NCBI GenBank assembly: GCA_026770705.1
Contig: JANJGN010000034.1
Span: forward strand, 3,906,001-3,970,000
Source of the DNA: Isurus oxyrinchus
Taxonomy: Eukaryota
Direction: 5' to 3'
Length of the DNA stretch: 64,000 nucleotides
Part shown: positions 37,210-50,180 of the stretch, in pieces
How the letters are laid out: each line of letters begins with the position of its first letter
Position numbering within the stretch: the first letter of the stretch is position 1
Notes under the pieces: model-generated
The model's input: only the letters and a program-made list of their open reading frames with translations
Databases searched by the model: none
Told to the model about the DNA's origin: nothing
Made by a program: the position numbers and the translations under genes

Positions 37210-38870
37210 TACACAGAAACACAGAATCACAGACTGGTTGCAGCACTGGAAGCCACCCTTTTCGCTTTGTCTTCGCTGGCACTCCGAATGACCTATATAT
37301 CTGTTGCCACTGCTAGGCCTTCTTTCCACAGTCCTGCAAGTTCTTCCTTTCCAGATAATACTCTAATTCCCTTTAAACTCACTCGATTGAATTTCCCTTA
37401 AAGATAAATGCTGGAAGCGTTCAGTGATCCTAGCCACCCGCTTGCAAGGTTTTTTTTTTCTTTTAGAGGCCTCCGTTGCGTACTGTGGCAATTGAATAAA
37501 AAAAAACCGTGTGCCCTCTTGTCTTCATGTTTTCTACAAATGGAGCCAGTAAGAAAACTTTTATGTACTCTGTACACACTCGTATGGACTTTTCATGTCT
37601 CTTCCATTTCTCATCTCGACGTTTATTTCTCTAAGGAAAGTACACTTAACCTCACGAATCTCTCCGTGCAAATGAAAGTCCAGATGACTGGTACAATGTC
37701 TGTGATTTTTCTTTGAAGCGCTCTCTTTAATTTAACACTTAATTTCCTAAGAATATTGTTAGAATATGACTGCACTAAAAATCTATTGTAAGGGAATGTT
37801 ACTGTTTGAATCTCCAAACAGCCAGTGCTTGCCTGCAATAAACAGTTAAATTCCTCCAAATAAGGGCATGTGATCATGCGCAAGGTTCTGGAAGCCAGGC
37901 GGGATATAGAAGAAATCAAATAAGACAGATTGGGTGTCCCAGGATTCATATTGGGGACTTATGTTGCAAAGGAACTAAGGTTGAGCCTGTTTTCAGCAGA
38001 CAAGGAAAGAACAGCCGCTCTAGTTTAGATAGGTGGAAATATCTCTGCTTGGGTAAAACATAGAGACATACGATGCTTGTGCCTGTTGCCAAAAATGTCT
38101 ACTTAATGTAAAATAATTTGTTGATGACATTAGAATGTGGAAAATGTTCATGTTCGTGGCCGGTATGCTGAAAACTTGTAATTTAGCAGAGTGCGACGTC
38201 AAGATTCTAGAGGTGCGTCTCTCCTTGCTTTATTCCAATAAACCATTATAATCTATATCTGACTCTCCTGTGGCCCGTTTGTCAATGCTACCACAACAAT
38301 ATGTATAATTGAGAGCAAAGTGCCTGACACTGGCCCATCGGTGTGTCAAATGCAAGCTTCCTTCAAAATGAAAATAGCCATCCATTAATGACAAACTTCG
38401 ACTTTTTTTTATCAGTCAGCAGATTTCACGTCTATTTAGCTTTATTGCATGATGTATATATTCACTCACAAATCTGTTCTGCGGCACTATAGTAAATGCG
38501 TTTTGGAATTCCAAATGTAACAGATAAAACGCATTTCCCTGATCAATTGTCATTATTCCCCCAATACATCATCTACTGAGGTAATTAAATATGTTTTGCT
38601 ATTGAAAGATACATTCTGGCTTTCCTTAATTGACTTGCACGCGCCGATGTGAGTATTATTATTGACTTCTATCATGAAATTTAATTTGCTAATTCCACAC
38701 CTTGAATTTAAACCATCTGGCCTATCATTGTCGGGTTTAACTTACATTTTTTTCAACAATGGTGTAAACTTTGTATTTTTCAAATCCTCTGGCATTAGCT
38801 CTGAGTCGAAGGAATACTGGAAATTTATGACCAGTGCCCGACTCGCACATACCTTAGCATCCTTGAATGG
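37210..38870 (-). mobile_element. Decayed CR1 fragments
   Basis: LVINFQYSFDSELMPEDLKNTKFTPLLKK (VPEDWK.ANVTPLFKK-like) on minus strand; 3' terminus near 37210. Confidence 0.7.
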
Positions 38871-39479
38871 GCCTGATAACGTGGTGGTGCACGATCGAAT
38901 GTAACCACAGAGATTCTCAAGCATACCTCTTACCCATCAATTTGGAACAATTCAAGTGCCTGCACTACCTGTGATTCTAACATCCGTTGCAGAGGGAATT
39001 GAGGCAGATCGCCAATGAGCTCGAGATTACTTACTTGGGCAACTAGCAGATCCCATATCACACGAAATTTCATTCAGGTTGCGCGAGATCTCAGTGCACT
39101 GACAGATAAGTACGTCAGGCTCCCTACTAACTTCGCTGACTGCAATAAACCAGCTGATTTGAAGTTTTTAGATCCTTGACAAGCCAGGGAGAATGTAGGT
39201 GCACATGATGAGTGGGTCAATTGTGCTGTGGGTGGCAGGGGGAGAGGGTGGTGTTGGGGGGCCGGGGAGCGGGGTGGGTGTGGCGCTGATGGCATGTGGT
39301 GAGGTTGTGGTCGGGCTGGAAAAGAGGATTCCTCAGCCCATTTTTGGTCATCCCCTGATACACTGCCCTGGATCTCGCAAGTTACGGTCGCATGGCTTTA
39401 GTCAGGAATTGTGCAGCATTTATTCCGTGTGAATGGTCATTGCTGATTGCTTATTTCACATCTCAGCTCAGTCAAACGC

Positions 39480-40810
39480 CTCCATGCTTAGCTTTTTCTT
39501 CGCCCTTGAGCACCCTAATCCGCCCTTTTAGGACCACTGTACTATTGACATGCCTTTTAAGAATTTTTGTTTCCTGCATTTTTGTATTCCAGGCGCATTA
39601 TATTTTGGCACTGCTTTGGGCTTCCTTGCTCTTTTCTAGTAAATCTGTTCCTCTGCATCCTTTCCATTTGTTACAGGCTATTAGACTACAGCGAGCAATG
39701 TAATTGCATGCGTTTCTCCCATTATTCTAAGCAAATAGATTCTCTCCCTGAAACGCCTGGATCTCTCTATCCAACTCTATGATATTTTACGTGATAAATG
39801 TTGTCACTCCATTCTCTTCCCTTCATTTCTTCACTTTCCAGAACTGGTTTTACTTAATTACATTTAATACCCCATCCTCCCGTAATAGCCAATAATATCA
39901 AACCTGCACATGACAATTAAAGCTGTAAATTACCAATCGCATTCACAGCATTCAGCACTGACATACAAACACAGTATTCCAAATTCAGATCTAGTTATCT
40001 TCTCTCATGCGATGAAACCATGTAATAAGTTCATATTCTTCCTCTGGTTACTTGTAACTCCCCCAGTGCTCTTTCCCACCTTTGTATTGTTTTTGATATT
40101 ACCTTCTGGTTTCCTTACTGTTGACAAGTTAATTCAGCCCTTCCTGCTAACGATAGCAAATCACCCCGTAAGCAAATTGTTGCCAGTTTAATTTAGGTGC
40201 AATCAATCCATCCAGTGCTAATCCCATATGTCCCAGCTTTGATCCCAATATCCGACCAATATAAACACAGCTCTCCTGCAACACCTTTCCAGGAATCATA
40301 TGGATTCCCCTTCTTTATCTGCCCTCATTTATACTGGACTTGGGAGTCATCCTGAAAGACTTTTGAGGTCCTGCTAATTACCTACCTAGCTCCATTCATG
40401 CATGCTTTCGGACCACATTCTTTTCTAGCTATGTTTTGTACACATGTTTCTCAATATCACTGGCTGTCATTGCTACCACCACAAATACCCAATCCCAGCA
40501 ATCCTAGAGAGCCCTGCAGCCACTCAGAGAGAAATTGGACACAAGCTAAAGGGAAGCAAACTGCAACCCTGACCAGAAAACCACCTGACGATTTTCGGTA
40601 GCTCTTGATTCTCCAATTAACATTGCTCTACGAATATTTACTGTCTCTGTTTGCCAACCACCACCCCACCTTCCCCAATACCCCGCACACATTTGCAGTT
40701 GAAACACTGGAGATTCATGGACTTTTCCCTGGCAGCGCTCCCCAAATGAATGATTGTTTCCAAACATCAAGCAGGAATGCTGGTTGGTGTGTGAGTTGTG
40801 CTGACGGGCC
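39480..40810 (-). mobile_element. Decayed CR1 5'/endonuclease region
   Basis: Similar to the 60.0-61.5 kb CR1 region (ttttgaggtcctgct, ttgtaactccc). Confidence 0.5.
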
Positions 40811-41004
40811 TAATGCACGATATGTCTGTTTGTTTTTGAATTACTAGTTTCTACCATTCCACTCTATCTCTGCATAAACTTATGCTGCAGGGTGACCACT
40901 TTTATTAGCATAAAAACAAAAAAACTGTGGATGTTGGAAATAAAAAAAAACAGAATTACCTGGAAAAACTCCGCAGGTCTGGCAGCATCGGCAGAGAAGA
41001 AAAG

Positions 41005-41043
41005 AGTTGACATTTCGAGTCCTCATGACTCTTCGACAGAACT
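41005..41043 (-). ncRNA. Hammerhead-like motif in pLTR
   Basis: agtt CTGTCGA a gagtc atgag gactc GAAAT GTC aact. Confidence 0.5.
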
Positions 41044-42123
41044 TGATTTCGAGTCCAAGAAAGAATTGAAATATAAGTTGGTTTAAGGTGTGTGTTTGGG
41101 GGGCGCAGAGATAGAGAGTGAGAGAGGTGGGTGGGGGGTGTGTTTGTGTGGACAAACAAGCAGTGATAGAAGCAGATCATCAAAAGATGTCAACGACAAT
41201 GGTACAATAGAACACATAGAAGTTAAAGTTAAAGTTGGTGATATTATGTAAACGAATGTGCTAATTAAGAATGGATGGTAGGGCATTCAAGGTATAGCTC
41301 TGGTGGGGGTGTTTTTTTATATATATATAATGGAATTAGGTGGGAAAAGGAAAATCTTTATAATTCATTGGAAAAAAAAGGAAGGTGGAAACAGAAAGTG
41401 GGTGAGGATGGGGGAGGGAGCTCACGACCTAAAGATGTTGAATTCAATATTCAGTCTGGAAGGTTGTAAGGTGCCTAGTCGGAAGATGAGGTGTTGTTCC
41501 TCCATTTTGCGTTGGGCTTCACTGGAACAATGCAGCAAGCCAAGGACAGACATGTGGGCAAGAGAGGAGGGTGGAGTGTTAAAATGCCAAGCGACAGGGA
41601 GGTTTGGGTCATTCTTGCGGACAGACCACAGGTGTTCTGCAAAGCGGTCGCCCAGTTTACGTTTGGTCTCTCCAATGTAGAGACTCGACTAGGCACCTTA
41701 CAGCCTTCCGGGCTGAATATTGAATTCAACAAGTTTAGGTCGTGAGCTCCCTCCCCCATCCCCAACCCCTTTCTGTTTCTCCCTTCCTTTTTTTCCCAAT
41801 AAATTATAAAGATTTTCCTTTTCCCACCTATTTCCATTATATATATAAAAAAAACGCCCCCACTAGAGCAATACCTTGAGTGCCCTACCATCCATGCTTA
41901 ATTAGCACATTTGTTTAGATAATATTACCAACTTTAACTTTAACACCAATGTGTTCTATTGTACCATTGTCGTTGACATCTTTTGATGATCTGCTTCTAT
42001 CACTGCTTGTTTGTCCACACAACCACACCCCCCACCCACCTCTCTCTCTCTCTATCTCTCCGCCCTCCACACACACACCTTAAACCAGCTTATATTTCAA
42101 CTCTTTCTTGGACTCGAAATCAT

Positions 42124-42160
42124 GTTCTGTCGAAGGGGCATGAGGACCCGAAACGTCAAC
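42124..42160 (+). ncRNA. Minimal type I hammerhead-ribozyme-like motif in pLTR
   Basis: gtt CTGTCGA agggg(c)atgag gaccc GAAAC GTC aac: stem I gtt/aac, stem II, palindromic ACGT stem III; core position 6 deviates from A. Confidence 0.55.
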
Positions 42161-42889
42161 TCTTTTCTTCTCTGCCGATGCTGCCAGACCTGCTGAGTTT
42201 TTCCAGGTAATTCTGTTTTTGACTTTTATTAGCATGCTAGACACAAATCTCTGAATGGTGACCGCTGCTGCTCCAACTGCGAAAACCTGAGTTTAAGCTC
42301 TTTACCCTTATTAGACTTGCTGTTAATGTGGTTATCCAAAAATAGTCTCAGGGAGTGATTTAATATATTACGGCACTTCGCCCCGTGACTGGTCACAGAT
42401 ATTCGGTCACGTGCTCCATTTCTGCGTCACCAATTGTTTCACTTAATCCCCGCCCCACCAATACCAACTCCCAACGCATGCGCACACACACAGATACAAC
42501 AAAACAAACATTGACATACGCGGTCATTCACGATCCATCTCTAACTCACTGAACAACATGCATACTCGCTAACACGCATTCACTCACTCACTACCGCGTG
42601 ATCATAGCCTCTTTCCTTCACTCACTCATTCACTTCAACTCACTCGCTTACACCTACGCATTAGCTTAACCTCTCAGTCACAAACTCTTTCACTCCTTCA
42701 TTCTGTTTTTCACTCTCGCACACTCCCACACTACTGTCAGATTCCGGTTTGATAAGTCGCCATCTGCCTCAGGCATTTGTCATTCACCCATGCATGGACT
42801 CGTGAATTAGCCATGCGGGGAAGTGAAGTTCTATAATTTCCAAAATGAATAGCAGTCTGTGCATGAATAGTTAATTCTGAGATGGTTAC

Positions 42890-42910
42890 CTTCATTTCCA
42901 AGCCTCAGTT
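42890..42910 (-). CDS. 21-nt micro-exon, (E)LRLGNE
   Basis: ttcttagattcag|AACTGAGGCTTGGAAATGAAG|gtaacc; about 230 bp downstream of the 36-nt exon. Confidence 0.6.
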
Positions 42911-43143
42911 CTGAATCTAAGAATGGAATAATGTAATTCAAAACGAAAAATAAGGAATTATTCTGAAAGTATTTATAAAAATATAACTAATATCACCGTT
43001 CCTTCAAAACTGCTCCCAGATTGTATCACCTCTCCACATAACAAAAGCGCTTCCTAATCAATATTCACTTAAAGAATATAGATAAACAGCGCAAAGTGTT
43101 CATAACCGAGGAAAGATATAGAGCATTTTAGTTGATGTATTAC

Positions 43144-43179
43144 CATTCCATTGTAGCTTCTCTTTGATTCTCTCCAGCT
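43144..43179 (-). CDS. 36-nt micro-exon, (E)LERIKEKLQWN, coiled-coil class
   Basis: ttgttttttcag|AGCTGGAGAGAATCAAAGAGAAGCTACAATGGAATG|gtaata; paralogous to 21371-21406 and 14981-15016. Confidence 0.75.
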
Positions 43180-44930
43180 CTGAAAAAACAAGCAAAGCTC
43201 TTCAACTACATTAGGTAGAATGCAATAACCTGATTTCCACATCACTGCGTGCATAATTTTCCAAGAACCCTTGATCACTACATCCAAACACGATTTTAAC
43301 TGTCATTACGCAATGAACGGCAACTAGCCCAGGGACTATTATTTTTAGCGTCCCTACCAGCCAATGAAGAAAGACGTACAGAGATGATTTTGTGTTTAAA
43401 AATTTTTGTGTAAAACAGCTGCTGGTCTGAAATAACATAACTTGAAACTTTGAAAAAAGAAAGCTCCGGGGATGAAATTAATTGCCAGTTGGACGACAAT
43501 CAGGTGGCATGCACATTGCAGGAGAAATTCACAGTTTGTACAATCAATTACTCTGAATAAGGGTCATATAGGACTCAAAATATTAATTTGGACTCAAAAC
43601 ATTATGTATGGTTCTATCCTCGCAGGTTCTGGCAGACCTGCTGAGTTTTTCCCGCACATTTATTTTTACTTTGAGACTTCCAGAATCCTGTTTTTTTTTT
43701 CTGATTTCGTCATCTCTGGCTATTGGTCATTGTGTTTTAAACATTTGCTAGCTATTCTTACTTGTTCTCAGCGCGATTGGTGCAATTGTGTCGGATTCTA
43801 TCAAATTATTTCACACAAAGAAAAGTGACGTAAATATTCTGGGCAAAATTGGGCAAAGTATGATGAAATGGACCTACTGGAACAATGCGGTCGGTCAGTT
43901 AGACGAGATCAGACGGTGGACTGGATAATGGGGCAGGAAGCCAGTTCCAAACTCAGTTTGCTTCCTTTCTGGATATGTTCAAATTAACGACAAAGCATCT
44001 TTTCTTTCTCTCTCTCTCTTTCTCTCTCATTCTCTCTCCCCATTTGTCTCTTTCTTCCTATCTCCCTCCCTCCATCTCTTCCTCTCTTTTGCACATGCAC
44101 AGACACACATTGTAGTCCACTGCATCTATCACTTACAATAATGGGTCAAGAAGGTTGATGACCGCTACAGAAATTTATGCATGTCGGTAACTATTTGCAA
44201 TAATGAATGCTGGCTTTTCTCTTGAAAAACACAAAATGAATAATCCTGGTACTTGTGCTAACATGTTTGAATGGTTAGCACAAAATGCTAGAAGGAGTTA
44301 TCCGCAGTCATTTGAACACTATGTGGTGAGACAGCTCACCGCTTCAGTTTGATTAAAGCAGTTGAAGGTGCAGTTTTAAGGAACTGTCTTGGCAGTTGCT
44401 GAGGTATGAAAAAAGCAAAATGCCACAACAGAGAATAGTTTTCCAGTGTGGTATCGGGGTGAACTTGTCAAAACAAGCAATATTTGAAATCTTGAACAAT
44501 GACAATCAATGGTCAGTTGCAAAACAGAGTTTGATGCATTTCGTTTCATAAGGGAATACATTCCGGATTCCAGAGTGTGCTTGGAGTTTAAGAAGGCACA
44601 GAATCCTGGTAAAATTGAGCGATTGAACAGGCAAGAGGAAGCAACTCGCTCTCTAACGCAAATGTTAAATATATGCAAATTGAATCCAGCAGGTACATTT
44701 CCCGCATTTTTAGCGCATATTCTAAATTTTATCCCTATTGAGGCCATAATCCAGTTCCGTTGGAAATCCACGATACAATCGGCCTTTGTCACAATCCCTG
44801 GTGGGTCATTGAAGAACTGAATCATTCACTTCATTAAAATATATACATTCCTCCAGCATCGCTTGATCTCCCTGGATATATTCAAGTCTGATTTATGTAA
44901 AAGACATTGGTTAATCAGGTAATTCCATGT

Positions 44931-45069
44931 TCTGTTGAAGAGTCATGCTGACTCGAAACATTATCTGTGCTCCTCTCTAAACATGCTGCCAGACCAGCTG
45001 AGTTTTTCCACTTATATTTGTTTTTGTTTTGGATTTCAATCATCTGCAGTTTTTTGTTTTTATCTACAG
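44931..45069 (+). mobile_element. Short Penelope 3' tail with 10-bp TSD
   Basis: TSD aattccatgt at 44921-44930 and 45070-45079; pLTR-like sequence. Confidence 0.75.
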
Positions 45070-46239
45070 AATTCCATGTGTTGGTTTCTGGCACTGTTTC
45101 TCAAGGCACTGCAATCGATCAGTTCTGTTTGAGTGGAAATAAAAATGCAATTCTTGCCCCAACCACAGACTTACTGGCAGGATTTACAGTTTGTTAACCA
45201 ACCTCTGCGTGCACGCTGTGATCTCAACTTTTGTGTCCTCCAAAAGCAGAAGTTTAGGATCAGAATTAGCGTCCATAAAATGCGCCACAATATCTCCCGC
45301 CTCATATAATCGTTTGTTATATTTCTATGCACGTTGAATCGTTTTTCTTTGGCTCCTGAAAATATCAAAAAAGGAAACGACTTATTGGTCCACTCTGGAA
45401 TCCATGCATTATTTTAAGGTATCTGTCAAAGCTCTTCATAACCTCCTGATCTTTAAAAAGCACAGCCCCATCTTTGACACACCATGCATATGACAATTAT
45501 TTCTACCCTGGTAGCCTTCTCATCCATCTATCTTGCATTCTCTCTTATTGTTTCACATGCTTCCTAAAGAGCTTTTCTTTTTTGTTTAAATTTCATTGTA
45601 GGGAAGCCAATAATTTATTATTCCTTCTTAAATGTCCTTCTGTTGTTTGGCCTTCTCAGCACAGTTTAGGCATGCGATGACCCTGGAGTTAAATGTAGGC
45701 CACTCCAAGTAAAAATGACCGATTTTATCCCTTATTGTACATCAGCTAAACAGATTATTGGTAGCAGTTTAATGGTCAGTTTTATAATGATTAGCTTTAA
45801 ATTCCATTTGAATTAATTTAAGTTAAATTTCACTAGGTGCCCTGATTTATTCTAATGTGCCCTTCGCAATTGCCTTCCCCTTTTGATCGCTCGCCGAGTG
45901 ACATCATTTCAACCCTGCTATCTCGCCCTGCCAGGAGTTGAGTGGAAAGTTTTAATATTCACAGAAATACTGCTTTATCAACGTCCACCGTTACGTATTT
46001 AACTTTATGGAATTCAAAACAATATTGATACGACACAATCCCTTGTACACTTCAATCGCTTTGTCGAACTACACTGCCACTTTCAATATCTGGTAAACAT
46101 ATAAATGTAGGTCCCGTTATCTAGCAGACCTGTGAAGCATTGTAACATCTAATTTATGCTGACGCTCTTAGATATTCCCACCAGAATATATCTCCCCTGT
46201 ACCTAATATGACAAGTGTCCACTTTTCACTCACTCAGAA

Positions 46240-46830
46240 TCAAAGAATCACAGAATCACAGTGCAGAAGATGCCCTTTAGCCCATCGTGCCTGCACCAAC
46301 ACGTCAGAATCACATCACCTACCTACCTAAACCCATTTAGCATAATTTGGTCCATAGCCTTGAATGTTATGCCGTGCCAAGTGTTCATCCAGGTACTTTT
46401 TAAAGGAGGTGACGCAACCCGCACCACCCACCCCCCCCCCCCCCCGCCCCCCCGCCCCCCCCCCCCCCCCCCCCCCCCCCACCCCGCCAGTGCATTCCAG
46501 ACCGTAAGCAGCCTCTGGGTAAAAGGATATTTCCTCAGATCCCCCATAACCTTCCTGCTGTTTTCCTTGAAATTATGCCCGCTTGTGACTGACACGTCAG
46601 ATAAGTGGAACAGCTGCTCCCTATCCACCGTGTCCATGCCCCTCATAATCTTGTAAACCTAAATCAAATAGCTCCTCAGTCTTCGCTGCTGAATCGAAAG
46701 CAACCTAACTCTATCCACCCTATCTTCTGAACTTAAATGTTTCAGCCCAGGCAAAATCCTCGGGAAAAACGTCTGCACCACAACCAGTGCAATCACATCC
46801 TTTCTATACTCCGCCAATGGATACCACTTC
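46240..46830 (-). mobile_element. CR1 LINE 3' fragment containing a C-run
   Basis: MRGMDTVDREQLF..TSGHNFK..FTQRLLTVWNAL; cacagaat tail repeats. Confidence 0.85.
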
Positions 46831-47849
46831 AGCACACACACGAGATGCGTCACCACTCGCAGTCTCATAATAATTCAATCCGCTACTAAATGTTTTATTC
46901 TTTCATTAACTCACAATTAATCATTTGCATTCGCTTCCTGGCTCACACATTCATTCTATATCAAAACAAACATTCAGCTAGTGGATCACATTCAGAGGCA
47001 TTCATTCGTTCGGACACGTAAAATCTTACGTGTCATAGTAATTTAGCGGATTTCAAAACTAAGTGGACCCAGCATTGCTTCCTGCTTTTGACATTAGTGT
47101 TCCTTGCTGAACCAGGAACAGAACAATTATGTGTGCAAAATTTGTAAATCCAGAAAACATTACAATAATAATTGAAAGAGCAAAGCGCATTTTCGAGTCA
47201 ATCTATGCTTCTCCTTCCGTTTACAGACACAAAGCATACAACTCCGCCAACATCCTCAAGACTGAAGTGATGTACATGAAGTCCCACTGAAGACATACAG
47301 TTAAGAGGAACTCCACTTAGATAAGGAGGTTTCATTGATGTAATTGAACGTAGGCAACTTGAAGCACCGCAAATCAGCTAGTATTTTGTCAATACCTGGA
47401 AGTCCAAATCTAATCAACAGTTTGCTGAGTAACATTCCTTCTGGGTCGTAACTCATCATGATTGCCTGTACAAACAGGGTGGATTTCGTTCGGCCGTCAG
47501 TTTAACCCTTGAAATTGAAATCGATCGACAGCACTGAAACGAAGTTTCGAGCACCAAGTATAAGGTGCGGTAGATCTGGTAGTGCCAGAATTATTACATT
47601 TCCAAAATGCATTTCGGGACCATCAAATATCCGGGAGAAGTGAGGACGAGTCAGTAAGTGAAACCTGGGGCTATCCCAGTTAATGAGCGATTTAAACCAT
47701 TTCCGATATTCTGTTCCCCCAAGCCTCAATTGAGCCGAGAATCAAGCAGAGGATGGAGCCATTTTTCCCTGCCAACACCTTTACTTACCGATGACGCAAA
47801 ATAATTAAAACAAACTTTTCAGCCCATAAACTAATATGTTAAAAGCTTA

Positions 47850-50180
47850 ATTTTTTTCTCCTGATATTCTTGAAAGAATACTGTGTCAACTGCAATATTG
47901 CCAGCAAAACAAATTAATGATGAGAGATTTACTTGAGAATGCATCGCAATACCTACAAGAAGTAGACATACGGCAGATTGTTTTACTTCCAATGCTTTGA
48001 ATAAGGCAGCGTTAGGCTGATCATAGAGGAGAGGAATACATTTGTAGTGCTCACTGGTTAGACAGCTGATTTGGAGTTGAATGTTATATATGCGGTTAGG
48101 ATGCTAGAAATAAAAATTATATTGCACTCTTAAATGTTGTCCTGCGAATTCCAACAGAAGCCACCGTGGACATTGGATGGTGCATAGATAGATGCGTACA
48201 AGGCCTTGGCGGATGGAAAGACAGGATAAATACTTAAAATTTGCAATGTCTTAAAGGAGGGATCGGGGAACAAATTAAATCAGCCGTTTTGCTCTTGGCA
48301 AAAAATGGTCGTGAACTTGTTTTACAGGAATACAATAGGACAGTGACGTGACAATGACAAAATGTTCACCAATGTTGAATTTTTATCTTTTCGACAATTC
48401 ATGTCCAGCCTCACCTGTTGGTTCTACAGTGAGCTTCAATTTTATCAGTTTTGTGAATCAAAATTCGGTCATGCGAAGCAGTCAATTCCGTTTCACACAA
48501 TGACACTTGACATGCTAAAAGATAATTGCTACACTGAACGTGCCACAGCTTGGAGAAATATGCCTAGCGTTATTTATGGCTTTTCATTTCCTCTGTTCAT
48601 GCTCAATGGAGCACAGTTGTGTTGTGCAAAGGCAACTTATTTTACAGCACAAATTTTTGGGTGTAACTGGTCTAAGCAGCATGCTTGAATTCAGGCCAAC
48701 TCTCGTAGAAGATGCAACATTACTCCATATAAGTCCAACAAACGGTCAAAGAAATCAAAACAAAAGTAAAATTAGATTTCTGAAAAATAACTGCATCCTT
48801 TAGAATTAATTCAAGAACGAAAACGAAAGCGGTTTCAGGACAGATTGTGCGACTGGACGCATACAGGCCGAATTGTGAGCACCAAAATGGCAGGGTTGGC
48901 ATTGAATCTCTGAGGAACGCTGAGTGACGCCAAGCGGTTCTTTGCCCACAAAATTCAAGCTTCTGTTAATTGCGGGAGTATTAATGCCCACATCCATATT
49001 GCTGCTGTTGTAGCTCAACAAAGTGCTGATTGCATTTCTCGCCATATTGTAGCTAAACATCAATTTGTGGAACCCGATAGGCGTTAAAGAGCCGAATTAC
49101 TCTCTCCTGTTCCTGTAGGCTAAAATGAATGCAAATCTCTGTAGATAATCTATCCACTTCCTTTAAAAGAATCAGGTTTCCTGTCATAAATTTAGAATGT
49201 ATTAAGGACATAAGAGTTATGTTAGTTTACATTTTTGTTAATATGCATCCGTTTAACATTTCAATTCTAAGGCAGTCTTTGCTTAAGTTAGAACAAGGAT
49301 CTCTCCTTCATTAATCCGTTAATTTTTAGAAAATGTCAAGACAATTTCTATGGATGACACAATTATTATTAACGAAATTGTGTCTTCATATCGTTGACTT
49401 CCACACAATCGCTCCACTGACTTAAATGTTTTCATCAATCTCTTGAACATCTATCTAGATGACCCTGACGAGTTATATCCTTCTCAGAGATCTTTCTGTT
49501 GATCTAATTCTGGCTGCTTCGGCTTTTTCAGATTCCAATCCCTCCATGATTTGTGGCACAGCCTTCAGCATCATGGACTTGAAATTGATTAAAACATTCT
49601 TAATCAGCGTGCTCCGTCAGCTCCATTAACAATACTGCTTAAAAGGTTGTCTCTTTGACGAAACGTATCTCACTCATTCTCCCGTCACTGTCCTATTTTA
49701 TTCCTGTAAAACAAGTTGACGACCATTTTTCCCCAAGATCAATACGGCTGAGTTAATTTGTACCCCGATCCCTCCTGTAAGGCGTTGCAAATTTTAATTA
49801 TTTTTCCATTCTATCCATCCGTCAAGACCTTGTATGCAGCTATGAGTGCATCATCCAATGTCCACTGTGGCTTCCATTTGAATTTGCAGGTTAGCATATA
49901 AGAGCACAATATAATTATTATTTCTAGCATCCTAACCACTTATAAAACATTTATCTCCAAATAAGCTGCCTAACTAGTGAGTACTACAAATTAATTCCTC
50001 TCCTCCACGATCAGCCTAATGCTCCCTTCATTCAAAGCTTTGGAAGCCAAACAATCTGCCGTATGTCTAATTTTTGTATGTATTGCAAAGCATTCACAAG
50101 TAAAGCACTCATCATTAGATGTCTTTGCTAGCAATATTGCAGTTGACACACTTTTCTTTCAAAAAAATCAGGACGAGAGA
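47850..50180. repeat. Long inverted repeat (about 500-bp arms 47850-48348 and 49682-50180, about 1.3-kb spacer)
   Basis: tgtgtcaactgcaatattgc / gcaatattgcagttgacaca; agacatacggcagattgttt / aaacaatctgccgtatgtct; aataggacagtgacg / cgtcactgtcctatt. Confidence 0.9.

Larger units (their letters stand above)
40912..42221. mobile_element. Penelope element with inverted pseudo-LTRs and 14-bp TSD
   Basis: Arms about 40945-41482 and 41684-42221 are reverse complements; spacer is GIY-YIG sequence; TSD acttttattagcat at 40898-40911 and 42222-42235. Confidence 0.92.

Noticed and set aside
44376-44825. 149-aa minus-strand ORF
   Set aside because: Opposite strand of a decayed CR1 RT fragment; no recognisable protein
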